Shown one piece after another: positions 1 through 14,622 of a stretch of DNA of 64,000 nt. The translations under genes and the position numbers were made by a program. Source of the DNA: Heptranchias perlo (taxonomy: Eukaryota); the NCBI RefSeq assembly GCF_035084215.1, contig NC_090362.1:21142001-21206000 (forward strand), given 5' to 3'. The notes below the pieces were generated by a model. It was not told where the DNA came from, searched no databases, and worked only from the letters and a program-made list of their open reading frames with translations. Each line of letters begins with the position of its first letter. Position 1 is the stretch's first letter.

Positions 1-520
1 CGGGCAGCAGAGTTTTGGATGAGCAGAAATTTATGGAGGGTGGAAGATGGGAGACCAATGGAATAGTCTGGAGGTAACAAAAGCATGGATGAGAATTTCA
101 GCAGCAGATGGGATGAAGCAGGGGCGGAGAACAATGATATTACAATCTTGGTGATGGAGCAGATATGGGGTCAGAAGCTCAGCTCAGGGTCAAATAGGAC
201 ACCGAGGTTGCGAATGGTCTGGTTCGGCCTGAGACAGTGGCCAGAGTGGGGGATGGAATTTGTGGTGGAGGCCGAAGACAATGGCCTCAGTCCTCTCAAT
301 GTTTAACTGGAGGAAATTTTTGCTCATCCAGTACTGGCTGTCGGACAAACAGTGTGACAAATCAAAGACAGTGGAGGGGTCGAGGGAGGTGGTGGTGAGG
401 TAGAGCTGGATGTCATCAGCGTACACGTGGATCCTGACGTGGTGTTTTCAGATGATGTCGGCCGAGGGGCAGCATGTAGATGGAAAATAGAAAGAAGCCA
501 AGGATTAGTTGTAAAAAGTA
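1..520 (-). mobile_element. L2-clade LINE fragment (RT, degenerate)
   Basis: Minus ORF MYADDIQLYL...CLSDSQYWMSKNFLQLNIERTEAIVFG, typical of the L2 RT C-terminal half. Confidence 0.85.
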
Positions 521-2356
521 GCTTAAGGACCAAGTACAGGACACCACTGAGGTGGTAGAGGAGAAATCACAAGGTAAATTAAGCAGCACTGGATTGTTGA
601 CAGTAAGCGTGGGTTTCAAACAGCCTGTAGATAGTGGGATAAGGAAATCCGGAGGTAGATGAGGAATTCCAATTTAACCAGAGCAGTGAAGTGGTTTATA
701 TTAGGATGCTGCTGCAGCAAATCTAGCACCGAGAGATTTTTCTTCGAGGCAAGGGGAAATGCTGATTAAGACGACTACATAACTGAGGCAGGTAAACTTT
801 CCAAAGCAAGTAAGGTGTTGCAAAAACCCAGGCAAGAACTGGTGAAGTGTGCCCACACTATGAGAAAAAGGCAGCTCCAGCTCTCTAGGTTAATGACCAC
901 GTACTTGAAAACCAAGCACATTGCCACTTCTCAGGCCTTCTCAAATGCCGTAGTGTTTTAATACACTGCCAAGGCAGCATCACCCGTCTCTCCTTAAGCT
1001 TGGCCATGAACTGTCCTGCGGACAAGCTTGCCCTGCCATTGTTTTCAAAGGGAAAGCACATCTTGGGTGCGTTATAAGGCAATTTGTGCTTGCTCGCAGC
1101 GATGAATAGGTTTGAACTTTTTTATATATAAACCACAGCCTCATTATCATTCCTAAGTTAGCAATATCGTTCAGCCCAAGTGGTAATGATTTCTCATGCT
1201 TCATTCTCAAAGCAGCACCCTCTTGACATCCCAAGCTTTGGGGGCAAGCACGGATAATGAATAAAACCATGCCAGTCAGGGCTGGGAATTCAGGAGAGAG
1301 ATTGTTACATTGACACGCTGCTCACCTCTTTAATAGCTTCAACCTAGTCAGCAATGTTGCATCTAAAGTGGATTTAAAAGATTAGGAGAAATTCATTCGC
1401 CTCAGGTCATTCACAGCCAATTAAATCTCTCGTCATCTACCTTCACATCCTCGTGAGAGTAAAACGCTTTTTTTGACCCTTCCATCCATTAGCTCAGCGC
1501 ACTCTTCTTAATGATAGAACTCATTCCCGACAACACTGCACACATTTACCCTCAGTACACGCTACAGAGAGGCTCAAACACCTCCTGCAGTCCAAACACG
1601 GACTTGTACAGTAAATGCTGTTTTATGTTTATGACAAAACAGAATTCACATATCTATTATTGGCACGTCCAATGGACAAGCGGGAATCTGGCAGTTCAGA
1701 AATAATAAGGTTGGACACTTAAAATGGGAGGAAGCATTCAATTCAGAGAAAGAAAAGGAATTTCCTTCAAAAAGGGAATCTTGTCGAGATGCCTTTTAAG
1801 ATCAGAGAATGATGATTGACTTTTATTTTTTAATAAAGGTTTTGATCATATGTGGTGTAAGCAGTGTAGGGTGAACTTAAAAACACATACGGTTTTTATA
1901 CGTATTTGCTAAGACCTACATTTAATGACGCCTTAAAAAAGTTTGTCTCCTGATTAAAGTTCTGTAATATTTTTCATCTTTCCATCCAGAAATTCTGTGT
2001 TAAAAATGTATTTACTGCCTTAATGATGCTGGTTTCAGGCCCACAGACCCCCAGATCTCACATGTCATTCTCAGCCTTGCTTTTCTATCTTTCGGTCCTC
2101 CCGAATATGCTGAGTGACCATCTTTCCCTTCGACAGATCTCTCCAAACTTACATTCTATTGTGGAGCCTATTCCCAGTGATTGTGCGGAACAGACTCCAT
2201 TTTCCCTCAATTTTTCGGGTGGACATTCCTGTTTAGCTTTCCCTCCAATTTCCCTTCCTTCCTCTCAAGGTGCCAACATTTGTTGGGGTACTGTTCCATG
2301 GCACCAAATCCAATGTCCAAGATTAAAGACCCCACCGAGAGTAAAAGGAGTTTTGA

Positions 2357-2399
2357 GTGGGGTGGGGTGGGATGGGATGGAGTGGATGGAGTGGGATGG
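2357..2399. repeat. Imperfect (GGGTG/GGATG)n pentanucleotide microsatellite
   Basis: gtggggtggggtgggatgggatggagtggatggagtgggatgg. Confidence 0.6.
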
Positions 2400-2722
2400 C
2401 ATTTTGGGAAGAAAGGAAAATTCCCTGCAGGAAAATGAACACTTGATTTGCATAGCCCCTACTCGCCATGGAAACAGACTCTTCAGATGTGCAGCCATTG
2501 AAGATCCCTAAAAACTGAACTAAATCAGACACAGTGATGCTGAACTTGAGAAAATGGACATACTAATTACACAGCTGGACCATCCCAGAGTGACTCGAGT
2601 GAAATTTCACTCCTATAAAACTACGGTCAAAAGAACTACAATATGTTGGTAATTACAGGCCTTGCACCAGCTTGCCTACTGAATCATTGTCAATCCTGGG
2701 TTCTATGGAAGTTAGTGACAAG

Positions 2723-3070
2723 ACAGACTAGATGCAGGGAGGATGTTCCCAATGGCTGGGGAGTCCATAACCAGGGGTCACAGTCTCAGGATACGGGGTA
2801 TGCCATTTAGAACCGAGATGAGGAGAAATTTCTTCACTCAGAGGGTGGTGAACCTGTGGAATTCTCTACCACAGAAGGCAGTGGTGGCCAAGTCATTAGA
2901 TGTATTCAAGAAGGAGATAGATATATTTCTTAATGCTAAAGGGATCAAGGGATATGGGGAAAAAGCGGGAACAGGGTACTGAGTTAGACGATCAGCCATG
3001 ATCATTTTGAATGGCAGAGCAGGCCCAAAGGGCCTAATGGCCTACTCTTGCTCCTATTTTCTGATTCTAC
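2723..3070 (+). mobile_element. 5'-truncated CR1 LINE 3' end with GACAAG target-site duplication
   Basis: ORF ...TRGHSLRIRG...RRNFFTQRVVNLWNSLP; GACAAG at 2717-2722 and 3071-3076. Confidence 0.9.
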
Positions 3071-4375
3071 GACAAGCAGCTTCATAGATTCGTCCTATTT
3101 GATGCTCAGTGTCCAAGATAACCTATGGTTAAAATGCTAACAAAATGGCTACATTGTTCAAGGTTGCTTTGAGGCTTGGATTAACCAATAAGTCTCAATA
3201 ACTAAAATTGGCAATTTATAGGAGTCCTACACTCCCTGTAAATGTCACACTTACTTCCTGTAACACTTTCCCTGTTATACTTTCCCCATCATATTTGTTG
3301 ATACGTGTCTATTGTCATAAAACTGTGTGACCTTTGACTCACCCCAGGAGATCTGCTCGTAATATATTAAAATTGTTGCATAAATCACACACATCCTGCA
3401 AGTGTCACACTTATTTCCTGTCACATTTCGCCCTTCACACTTCAGCTGCTATATTGTGTTGGCCGGCTCAAAGGAAAACATCGGCTCAACATAAAACAAC
3501 ATCTCTAAAGTAAAACAGAATTGAAAAGATGGAGAACATGTAAATCAAAAGCCAGGAAATCGACTATAAAGATCAGTGGCCTTGATAGTACATTGTGTGT
3601 TACTTGGCACAACATCCCTATGGTTATAAAGTAATGCATCGTCCAGCTCACGAGGGAGCAACAACACAGCAAATTTGAAGGACAAAAAAAGGACACTGTA
3701 CCTATAAAGGTTCCCCATCAACTGGCCCTTTCACGTATGAGTGTAGGATACACGTAAAGGGGACTCGAGATATTATCCACTGCACATCCAGATCAGTGAC
3801 ACACCTGAAGCTCTACTTCCTGTCTATTTAAAAGGGGATAGGTTGATAGTTGTACATGTGGCCGTTGCAATTGTCTGCACATATATTATAAAAAACTGGT
3901 GACTCTTCAAAAGGAAGATCATCTTGCAATCGTCAATCTTGCAACAAAAACATTTCAGAGATTTCCTGTGATCGTCTGCCTTAATATTTAACTTTGGAAC
4001 CATTTCAAAGATCCAATCTAGATTTGCTAGAATGGAATCAACTTGAAGAGTAGTCTAACCAAGTGTGCAGTAGGGTGCTCGAGTCAAGAGGAAATGGAGG
4101 TGGGAAGGGGGGAGTGACTTTATCCCAGTTTTATCATTGCTATTCATGAAATTTGTGCTCGCAAAGGTAGAGATATCAATGCTGAGATAATAGAACACTC
4201 CTCCATTTAGTTTACATCAAATTTGCCCAAGTCAAGAATTTACCCAGGTCAAATTTTCAACTAGGTTACCTCACCTTAACCAAACTTCAGGAAAAAATCC
4301 TTGCCCCCATTTTGATTTTTAAATCAAGTATTTTTTGGGTTGTCCAGGCAAGACTGACAATCTTGTGCCAATTAT

Positions 4376-4838
4376 AGAAAGAACTTGCATTTATATAGCG
4401 CCTTTCATGACCTCAGAACATCCCAAAGTGCTTTACAGCCAATTAAGTACTTCTCAAGTGTAGTCGCTGTTGTAATGTAGGAAACATGGCACCCAATTTG
4501 TGCACAGCAAGATCCCACAAACAGCATTGTGATAATGACCAAATAATCTGTTTTAGTAATGTTGGTTGAGAGATAAATATTGGCCAGGACACCGGGGAGA
4601 ACTCCCCTGCTCTTCTTCCAAATAGTGCCACGGGGTCTTTGACGTCCACTTAAGAGGGCAGATGGGGCCTCGGTGTAACGTCACATCCAAAAGACAGCTC
4701 CTCCGACAGGGCAGCACTCCCTCAGTCCTGCACTGGAGTGTCAGCCTAGATTACGTGCTCAAGTCTCTGGAGTGGAACTGTGACCACGACCTTTTGACTG
4801 AAGGCGAGAGTGCAACCAACTGAGCCACGGCTGACACA
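4376..4838 (-). mobile_element. Full-length tRNA-headed Deu-domain SINE (SacSINE1-like) with L2-type tail
   Basis: Reverse complement has a tRNA-like head, the Deu core (gatcccatggcactatt...gaagagcaggggagttctccccggtgtcctggccaatatttat type) and a tataaatgcaag tail; more than 12 related copies in the window. Confidence 0.85.
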
Positions 4839-5754
4839 TTATGGGAAATTTTGTGTTATGCCCCAGGATCTGGTTTCAAGGTTGCTAAAATTATTTTCAC
4901 AAAGGGCCCTGACAGCCATCAGGGAAAGGAACCATTTTAATCCCACAGTCTGGGACAGATTGAAGAGCCAGGTTCCAGAGGTGATTGGGCAGTCTGCTGC
5001 CTCCCTGCATCGTGCAGTTCAGCTTTAGCTTTTTGTCTGCAGCTGTGGGAAGTAATCACATTTGTACCAGGATGAAAATAAAGGATTTGACTCGGGCTGT
5101 TTTATTCACCAGTCTCAGCTTGTACTGCACCTGTGAATTGGTTCCGAGACATAATTATTGCAGCAACCTCCATGGCTGCTGCCAGGTTGGAAAGCTCCAA
5201 ATTGGCTCCACGCAGTTTCTGCAGACTGACTCAGCCTCTGGTAAAAGCCCTCGGCTTGGTTCTTTTTCAATTCAGATGCAGATCAGAAGTAGTATGTTAT
5301 AAATTACAGTAAGCTCATGAAGCACTGACAAGTCATATAACAAAGTGGATAATTTTGCCAGGGAATTTATCATGGCATTTTTGGGCACTTTCTCAAGAAC
5401 TGATTAATATAATTCCCACCAATTAGACTTCAAATCAACTGCAATCAAAAGAATGGAACACCTGGCCATAATCACAATTTATTTTACAAGGTGTCATGCC
5501 ATCAAAAGCAACTAACCTAATGTTGTTATTTTGAACTATTATTTATATGATTCTGATGAGTTTAATATATTTTATAGCTTCCATAAATATAAATTAAGGG
5601 AGTTTAAGTTACTTTTTTTTAAAAGGCACATCTCAATCATAGAGAACACTATTATTTTTTGCTGGTTCATAGCTAAGCCTTCAACTATATACCAAAGTAC
5701 CTTAACTTATATTTCTGTAGTACTCCTCATATTCATACTAAGAAAAATGAATAC

Positions 5755-8130
5755 ACCGTGGAACCAACTAGGGAACAGGCTATTTTAGATCTTGTATTGT
5801 GTAATGAGACAGGGTTAATTAGTAATCGCATAGTAAAGGATCCCCTGGGGAAGAGTGATCACAATATGATAATATGCCACTCTCAAACTCAACGTGAAAT
5901 TTTAAGTCTGAAACTGGAGTCTTAAAATTAAATAAAGCCAATTACACAGGTATGAGGGGCGAGTTGGCGAAGGTAGATTGGGAAATTAGATTAAAGGGTA
6001 TGACAGTAGATAAGCAATGGCAAACATTTAAAAAAATATTTCAATATTCTCAACGAATATACATTCCATTGAGAAATAAAAACTCCATGGGAAAAGTGAT
6101 TCATCCGTGGCTAACTAAAGAAGTTAAGGATAGTATTAGATTAAAAGAAGAGGCTTATAATGTTGCCAAGAAGAGTAGTAAGCCTGAGGATTGGGAGAGT
6201 TTTAGAAACCAGCAAAGGATGACCAAAAAATTAATAAAAAGGGAGAAAAGAAGAATATGAGATTAAACTAGCAAGAAATATAAAAACGGACTGAAAGAGC
6301 TTCTACAAGTATGTAAAAAGGAAGAGAGTAGCAAAAGTAAACGTTGGTCCCTCAGAGGCTGAGACAGGAGAAATTATAATGGGGAATAAGGAAATGGCAG
6401 AGACGTTAAACACATATTTTGTATCCATATTCACAATAGAAGACACAAAAAGCATTCTAGAAATAGTGGGCAAATGAGAGAGAGGAAGCTTAAAATAATT
6501 AATATCAGTAGAGAAAAAGTACTGGAGAAATTAATGGGACTAAATGCCGACAAATCCCCTGGACCTGATGGCCTACATCCGAGGGTTCTAAAAGAGGAGG
6601 CTGCAGAGATAGTGGATGCATTGGTTATGATCTTCCAAAATTCCCTGGATTCTAGAATGATCCCAGTGGATTGGAAGGTAGCAAATGTAACCCCGCTATT
6701 CAAGAAAGGAGGGAGAGAGAAAACAGGGAACTACAGGCCAGTTAGCCTGACATCAATCGTTGGGAAAGTGCTGGAATCCATTATTAGGGAAGTGGTAACA
6801 GGGCACTTAGAAAATCATAATATGATTAGGCAGAGTCAACATGGTTTTATGAAAGGGAAATAGTGTTGACAAATTTATTGGAGTTTTTTGTGGCCGTAAC
6901 TAAAAGGGTAGATAAAGGGGAATCAGTGGGCGTAGAATACTTGGATTTTCAAAAAGCACTCGATAAGACACCACATAAAAGGTTGTTACACAAGATAAGG
7001 GCTCATGGGGTTGGGGGTAATATATTAACATGGAGAGAGGGTTGGTTAACAGACAGAAAACAGAGAGTAGGAATAAACGGGTCATTTTCAGGTTGGCAGG
7101 TGGGGTGCCGCAAGGATCAGTGCTTGGGCCTCAGCTATTTACAATCTATATTAATGACTTAGATGAAGGGACCGAATGTAATGTATCCAAGTTTGCTGAC
7201 GATACAAAGCTAGGTGGGAAAGTAAGCTGTGAGGAGGACACAAAGAGTCTGCAAAGGGATAGAGAGAGGTTAAATGAATGGGCAAGAAGGTGGCAGATGG
7301 AGTATAATGTGGGGAAATGTGAGGTTATTCACTCTGGTAGGAAGAATAGATAAACAGAATATTTTTTAAACGGGTGAGAAACTATTAAACGTTGATGTTG
7401 AGAGAGATCTGGTTGTCCTCGTACAAGAAACACGCAAATTTAGCATGCTGGCACAGCAAGCAATTAGGAAGGCAAATGGCATGTTGGCCTTTATTGCAAG
7501 GGGGTTGGAGTACAAGAGTAAGGGAGTCTTACTACAATTTTACAGGGCTTTGGTAAGACCTCACCTGGAGTACTGTGTACAATTTTGGTCTCCTTACCTA
7601 AGGAATTATATACTTGCCTTAAAAGCAGTGCAACAAAGGTTCGCTAGATTGATTCCTGGGATGAGAGGGTTGTCCTATGAGGAGAGATTGAGTAGAATGG
7701 GCCTATACTCTCTGGAGTTTAGAAAAATGAGAGGTGATCTCATTGAAACTTATAAGATTCTGAGAGGACTTGACAGGGTAGATGCTGAGAGGTTGCTTCC
7801 CCTGGCTGGAGGGTTTAGAACTCGGGGGCATGGTCTCAGGATAAGGGGTCGGCCATTTAAGACTGAGATGAGGAGAAATTTCTTCACTCAGAGGTTTGTG
7901 AATCTTTGGAATTCTCCACCCCAGAGGGCTGTGGATGCTCAGTCATTGAGTATATTCAAGACTGAGATCGATAGATTTTTGGATTCTAGGGGAATCAGGG
8001 ATATGGGGATTGGGCGGGAAAGTGGAGTTGAAGTCGAAGATCAGCCATGATCTTATTGAATGGCGGAGCAGGCTCGAGGGGCCATATCGCCTACAGCTGC
8101 TTCTAATTTTTATGTTCTTATGTGTTCTTA
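5755..8130 (+). mobile_element. CR1 LINE, 5'-truncated ORF2 with frameshifts and stops
   Basis: Consecutive ORFs with [68 protein letters not shown]; tatgttct-type tail. Confidence 0.95.
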
Positions 8131-8310
8131 ATTCGTAGATAGAAGCTGACCTGGATTACTCCAGTATGAACTCACATCACATTAATCATTGAACAGTCAA
8201 ACCCTCAGTGGGCAGCTGCAACATGAGGATGTCCTGATTCAACATCAAAGTTGCAAAGTCTTTCAGCGATAGGGAGTCTGGGGAAGGATTGTGCTCTAAG
8301 TAATTGTCTT

Positions 8311-8775
8311 GGTGTCAACTGTGGCTCAGCGGGGAGCCCTCTCGCCTCGGAGTCAGAAGATCGTGGGTTCAAATCTCACTCCAGAGACTTGAGCACAAAA
8401 TCGAGGCTGAAACTCCACTGCAGTACTGAGGGAGTGCAACACTGTCAGAAATGCCATATTTCAGATATGATAAACCAGGCCCCCATCTGCCCTCTTGGGG
8501 ACGTACAAGATCCCATGGCACTATTTCGAAGAACAGGGGTGTTCTCCCCAGTGTCATGGCCTATATTTATCCCTCAACTAACATCATGAAAGCAGATTCC
8601 CTGGTCATTATCTCGTTGCTTTTTGTGGGATCTTGTTGGGCACAAGTTGGCTGCCGTGTTTCTTACATTAGAACAGTGACTACACTTCAAAAAAAATACT
8701 TCACTGGCTGTGAAGAACTTTGGGATATTCTGAGGTCGTGCAAGGTGCTATATAAATGCAAGTCTTTCTTTCTTT
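8311..8775 (+). mobile_element. Full-length Deu-domain SINE
   Basis: A-box tggctcagcgg, B-box ggttcaaatc, Deu core, tail tataaatgcaagtctttcttt. Confidence 0.85.
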
Positions 8776-10726
8776 AGTCTTCAAAACACTTTATAGAGAA
8801 AAACAGTGGGCAATGAGCAAACAAACATAAGGTAAACAGACAAGTTTGTTTGGGGGGGTGGTGACAAAATACAAGAAAGTTTCAATCCCCGTAGTTGAGG
8901 AGTCTCGCAGAACAATTTAAACACATTTCCCCTAACTTCTGTAACTCCAAGACGAACATTTAGGACAAGCCATTTTAGGCTTGGCGGACACTTTAAAATT
9001 CATCAATGCTGCGCTGGACACTAATACAGGAATGAAATCCATATAGAAATGGAGAGAGGTGAGAATTCGGCTGATGTGTGGGTCACAATCTGGACATATT
9101 GTCCAAAAGAAAATACAGCAGCAACTCTCTTAGCTGGTAAAACCAATTATACAGTGGGAGCTAACACTGCCACTTTGTTATCTTGATTGGTGCTATCCTG
9201 TTTCACACTTTAACAAATGAAGATTGTTTATCAATCTGATTTTAATAAATGATAATAAGTCTGTCCTGACAGCTTCAGTAATTACTTGCGCTGCCTGTAC
9301 ACCCCCTTATCACACAGTGCCAGCACACACTGACTCCCATAACTCTGTTCTCTATTGATTTAAACGAGAAATAGAGCAATTGCATTTGAAGTGCAGCCAC
9401 TCTTGATCATCAATAATTTCACTTGCCTCTTGCTGCATTGACAGGCTCCAAGCAGCAAGTTCCAGCCCCTGAGAAACATCTCGCTGAAGTACAATTCTGG
9501 GAGCCTTCCAATTGTTATTGAAGTCAACAGGGAACCACGACACTGCCAGGATGTTGTGGTATGCAGTGTCTGGGTGATGTGGAGATGTCACCATCATAAT
9601 ACAGCCAATCCTCACACAGTGCTGGAACTCTCATCACTGTAGATTAGGCCAGTGCCATGGCCATCTCTTGTCCAGTTTTGGTCTAGAGCTGCCGTCACTG
9701 AGGTCTCACGATAGCCCAGCACCACTCATGCCTTGCCATGAACAGTCTGCTGTCTTACCTGTCCTCCATCTGCTGTTTCCCTGATAGAATCAATCCCCCA
9801 CTTGTATGGCCTTCTGGTGCTACTGACACGAGTGTTACAGAGTTACAGAGCATCTACAGCACAGAAGCAGGCCAGAGGGGTGAGAGGAGGCTCGTGTGGA
9901 GCATAAACGCTGGCATAGACCAGATGGGCCGAATGGCCTGTTTCGATGTAATTCCATATAATGTATAATCCTATGGCATAATGTATACTGCATTGAAAAG
10001 AGTCACTCAAATGAGGAGCGGAGAAAAAAGTGATCATGGTAAATGGCAATGAAAGTAGGAGACTCTTGTCTGAATAAAGCAACTTTTCTTCATCTAGAAA
10101 TCCCTCGATTTTTATGTGGAAATGAACACACTGGTGAAAACTCAAAGAACTGAGGGCATGAATAGAAAATGATCCAAGCTCTCAGTTTCATTGCAAACAT
10201 TAATTCATTTGAATTTAATAAAAGCAAAACCCTTAACAACTTGCTGAATCTTAACACGTAACCCTCTACCAAGCTCAGCATCAAATTTAAAGTGAGTTGT
10301 AAATACACAATCTATTTCCATCCCCACCCCCAGGAAACCTCCCGCTGACATCTGGAAGTGGCCATTTTGAGTAATTATGTAGACATCGACACAGATTGGA
10401 AGTGTTCAAGAATATAGGACAGGTGATATTGCTGAATACTTTGGGGTTGGGGGGAGGTCTATTGTATTGCATTCCAAGAGGGACGAGAAGTGTTTCAAAC
10501 TTAATTCAGTGTGACTGACACCATTAAACTCTGGTAACAGATGTTCATTAGGCCATTCAGCTTGGAAAGCCATCACGCCCAAAGCCATGCAGCCCATGAG
10601 GTGAGAATTTAAATTTCTGGTCTGTATGGTTCAGTAACATTCAGAAAATTTGAACAGGAGGTAAATAGCAATGTCAGTGGCAAGTAATCAGTCAGTAAGA
10701 TATGTAATTATAAACTGATTCGATAA

Positions 10727-11185
10727 AAAGAACTTCCATTTATAGAGCACCTTATCACGTCCCAAAGAACTTTATGACCATTGGATCACTTTTTACGCAG
10801 CCAATTTGCAGACAGCAAGATCCCACAAACCACAGATAAGGGGAGTGGGACTAATTGGATAGCTCTTTCAAATAGCTGGCACAGGCACGATGGGCCGAAT
10901 GGCCTCTTTCTGAGCTGTATTAATCTATGATACCATGATAAGATAAATCTGTTTTGGTGGTGCTGGTTGAAGGAGGGATACTGTCCGAGTTAACTCCCTG
11001 CTCTTTTTCCAATAATACCATGGGATCTCAAACACCCCTGAACAGCTTAACGTCTCAAAGACAGCATTGGTGACACTGCAGCACCAGTACTGCACTGGTG
11101 TCAACCTAGATTATGTGCTCAAACTCGGAGTGGGGCTGGAGCCCGCAACCTGCTGACAATGCTACCAACTGAGCCAAGCTGACAC
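10727..11185 (-). mobile_element. Degraded Deu-domain SINE with nested CR1 tail (~10839-10930, +)
   Basis: SINE homology on both sides of gggagtgggactaattggatagctc...gatgggccgaatggcct. Confidence 0.7.
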
Positions 11186-11524
11186 TTTGCACTTTGCCTT
11201 GAAGAAGAAATGAAAAAGATAATTTCTGCACAGAAGCTCAGGCACAGAATTGCATTTAAAATATGCAGCAATTTGTGTGTCTAAAACAGTGAGTCATTCT
11301 ATGGAGCTACACTGTGATTAGCATCAAGCGCCTGTGCCAGTTAGTGAAATTGATGCAGTGTAAATTAGATGAGACAAGATGAAGCAGCACCTGAGATAAT
11401 ATCCTTAATCTAATTTCTCTGAAAAAGGAAAGTAATTACAAAGCCCGGACATGTCTTATCTTAAAAGAATGAGTCTTTCCTTTGCAAGCTTTTTCAGGAA
11501 TCAAACGGTTACAAAGTATGGTGA

Positions 11525-11829
11525 TGGATGAGGCGTTAAACAGAGGGTCCCGTCTGCCCTCTCAAGTGAACGTAAAAGATCCCATGGCCACTATTCGAAG
11601 AAGAGCAGGGGCCGGTGTCCTGGCCAATATTTATCCCACAACCAACACGCCTAAAAAAAAAGCTAACCTGGTTATTATCACATTGCTGTTTGTGGGATCT
11701 TGCTGTGCGCAAATTGGCTGCTGCGTTTCCTACATTACAACACTGACTACACTTCAAAAGTACTTCATTGGCTGTAAAAAGCTTTGGGATGTCCTAAGGG
11801 CGTGAAGCTTTATAAATGCAAGTCTTTCA
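11525..11829 (+). mobile_element. 5'-truncated Deu-domain SINE
   Basis: Matches core and tail of the other copies. Confidence 0.8.
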
Positions 11830-12654
11830 TAATTCATGGATTTAAGCAAGAATGTTCCAAAAAAGAAAATGAAATGAACACATGTTGGCAGAAGAAAGTG
11901 GTGCAGAGTAAGTGGTGACATCAATGGAGAGACAGTCTGAGGTGAATTATTGAGTCAGGTGCAAAAGGAGCTGGAAGTCCAACAGTTTTACAAGGCCATT
12001 TTGGGGTTACTATGGAAACAGCAATGTGTTGGAGTTAACCTGAAAGAGTTCTCTTTTGCCTCTTTTTCCTCACGAACAAAGGATGCAAAAGTAAACAGAT
12101 GAGATGTTAAACCGAGAAATTAATAGAGAACTTTATATTTTAGGGGCAGTGATGCAGGTTACTGGAAGTTTCCGCCATCTCATTCAGATTAAAAGGAGAG
12201 TAAACAGTGAGAAAAAAAGCCATTTAGCCCATCAAGTTCAACTTTTCACATTCCTTTGGACTCAACACAATCCTATAATTTGCCGAGAGAATGTTCCAAT
12301 TAAATGCTCCCCAATCCGCAACAGATAATCAATCAAAATCCTGGTATTGGTCCATCTCCACAATTCCACTCTGGCCTATTGCCCTCAATATGGGTAACAC
12401 CATCCTCTCCTCAATCCAGCAACACAGGAATGAACCATCCTGTCCGCTGAAGTATGCGATCATCTCAGTCTTTACCTCTCCCAGTAACCTCCAATCCCAT
12501 ATCACTGTCAATAATTTATCCAGTTCCTTTTTGAAAAGGTCAATTTACACATCATCAGCTGCCTTTGCCGAGTGGAGCCTGGAAATTACTACTGGGAACA
12601 GTAGCAGGTGAGTCGGTAACACCAACGGTCCTCTGTTCATCATTCCAACAGAAA

Positions 12655-12901
12655 CATGATTAACAAGTTGTAATGATCTGAAATCCACTGCCTGAAAGGG
12701 CGGTGGAAGCAGATTAAACAGTAACTTTCAAAAGGGAATTGAATGGGTGGTGATACCCCACCCAAAAGGGAATTGGATAAATACTTGAAGGGAAACAATT
12801 TGCAGGGCTACGGGGAAAGAGCAGGGAAGTGGGACTAATTGGATAGCTCTTTCAAAGAGCCGGCACAGGCACGATGGGCCGAATGGCCTCCTCCTGTGCA
12901 G
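12655..12901 (+). mobile_element. CR1 3' end
   Basis: Same family as 29683-30023 and 37971-38119 (gggcggtggaagcagatt...gggactaattggatagctctttcaaagagcc). Confidence 0.8.
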
Positions 12902-14492
12902 TACCTACAAGGAGACTAAGATACCACTATGAACCCTTTTTAAATGAAACAACGAACACCAGTGGACAGGGGAATGTTACATAAACATGTTAAGCACTCA
13001 CCAACTAATATCACCAAGAGTAATCTGATGAACATACTCACTACTTTTTGGGAAAGAACACAATTTTGGTCTAATCTCCAGTCTTCTTTGAAACTTGTTC
13101 ATAATAAAGTTGAAAAAACAGTTCTAAGCTCACGGTTTAAGTCGAACAGGCTGATGGCATCAACATTCAAATAAAGAAACTACCAGTTCTGGTTTTAACA
13201 AGGAGAGGATCTGGCTTGGTGCAACAACAACAACTTGCATTTATATAGCGCCTTTAATGTAATTAAACGTCCCAAGGGGACAGGGAGATGACATTCTGTA
13301 AATAGACCTGAATTATCTAATTTTAACTTTTAAGTTTCGATGAAACTTTTTCTCATTTCCATTTTTGACAACATTGTAATTGTGTCATTTTTTAAAAGAA
13401 GGATTTTAAAGCAATCATTTTTCTCCCTAAATTTTAAAAAAGGTGCAGTTCCCTCTGTAAGAAACAATATGAAATGCTTTCAGTGAGGGAAAGTCAGCCT
13501 CTCTGCTTACAATGTTATAATCAGTTTTTTGACATACTCCACATCATAAATTAAAATAAATTTAATGTGCTGGTGCTAATACACTTTTTTTTTACACAAG
13601 GCAATAAATTTCAAACAGAACTAAAACCACCAGCCCAGCTTTACACCCTTTTAACGGCACTAGAAACCTCAAAGCATTAATGTTTATCTTGATGGTTTTG
13701 AAAGAGACACCAGGTAAATCTGCCACAGTGAATGGAGACTTCCTCGGGTATTAGCATCAGACTGAGGTAAGTGAAAAAGATTCAGTGCCAAAACTCAGCC
13801 TCTAGGCTTCATCAAGGTGGGTATGATCAGATAATTCTACTCCCATAAACCAAACACTTAACGGTTTAACACAGAGCTAAATATTTGGCTCGGATCCAGA
13901 TGTTTGGGTCGATCATGGATTACATTCAGCTCATTGTATGAAAAGTCTGAATGTCTGCTCAGTTCCGAGCACTGGGATGATTGGCGCATTGCGCCCCTGT
14001 GCAGCAGTCCAATTTTCCACGAGTACAGAATGTTCCGGCATTTTCCCGAGTGGTTAAATATTGCGTAACAGCCGAGCTCCTCAGATCACTTTACTTTTCT
14101 GAATTTGAAGAGGTAAAAAAAAAATCAATTTGACAGCTCGTCTTACTGAACCATTGGGGAAAGAAAATAAATTTACAAATCATTCTAAGGAATCAGAGTG
14201 TATTTATTCTTTGTAACTAAACACGTATTAGAATTAGAAGCTTAACTGGTCTGCGGGTTCAATTCCACGTTGAATTAAATACTCATCAGTGCTGCATCAA
14301 GCAACGTCATGCTGATATTCTGCAGCTTCGATGTGAGCAACCTCCAATTAGGATGGTCTATTTCTATCCCACTGGATATTGGGACCACATAAACCCCCCT
14401 TCCGTTCTGGAATGTAGAGAATGTGGTAAATGTAAAGGACCAGAAAAGACTGCAGTGCATGACCAGGCTCAGAAACTTCAGAAAATACCAAA

Positions 14493-14622
14493 AAGAAAGA
14501 TTTGCATTTATATAGCGACTTTCATGACCTCAAGACGTCCCAAAACGCTTCACAGCCAATGAAGCACTTTTGAAGTGTAGTCACTGTTGTAATGTAGGAA
14601 ACGTGACAGCCAATTGGCACAC
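14493..14622 (-). mobile_element. Deu-SINE tail fragment
   Basis: ttgcatttatatagcg...gaagtgtagtcactgttgtaatgtaggaaac. Confidence 0.75.

Noticed and set aside
5755-8130. Active autonomous retrotransposon or domesticated RT gene
   Set aside because: It is 5'-truncated with multiple frameshifts and stops; no LINE in the window has an intact endonuclease plus RT ORF.
8311-8390. tRNA genes at SINE heads
   Set aside because: A/B boxes are present, but they continue directly into SINE bodies and lack a complete cloverleaf.
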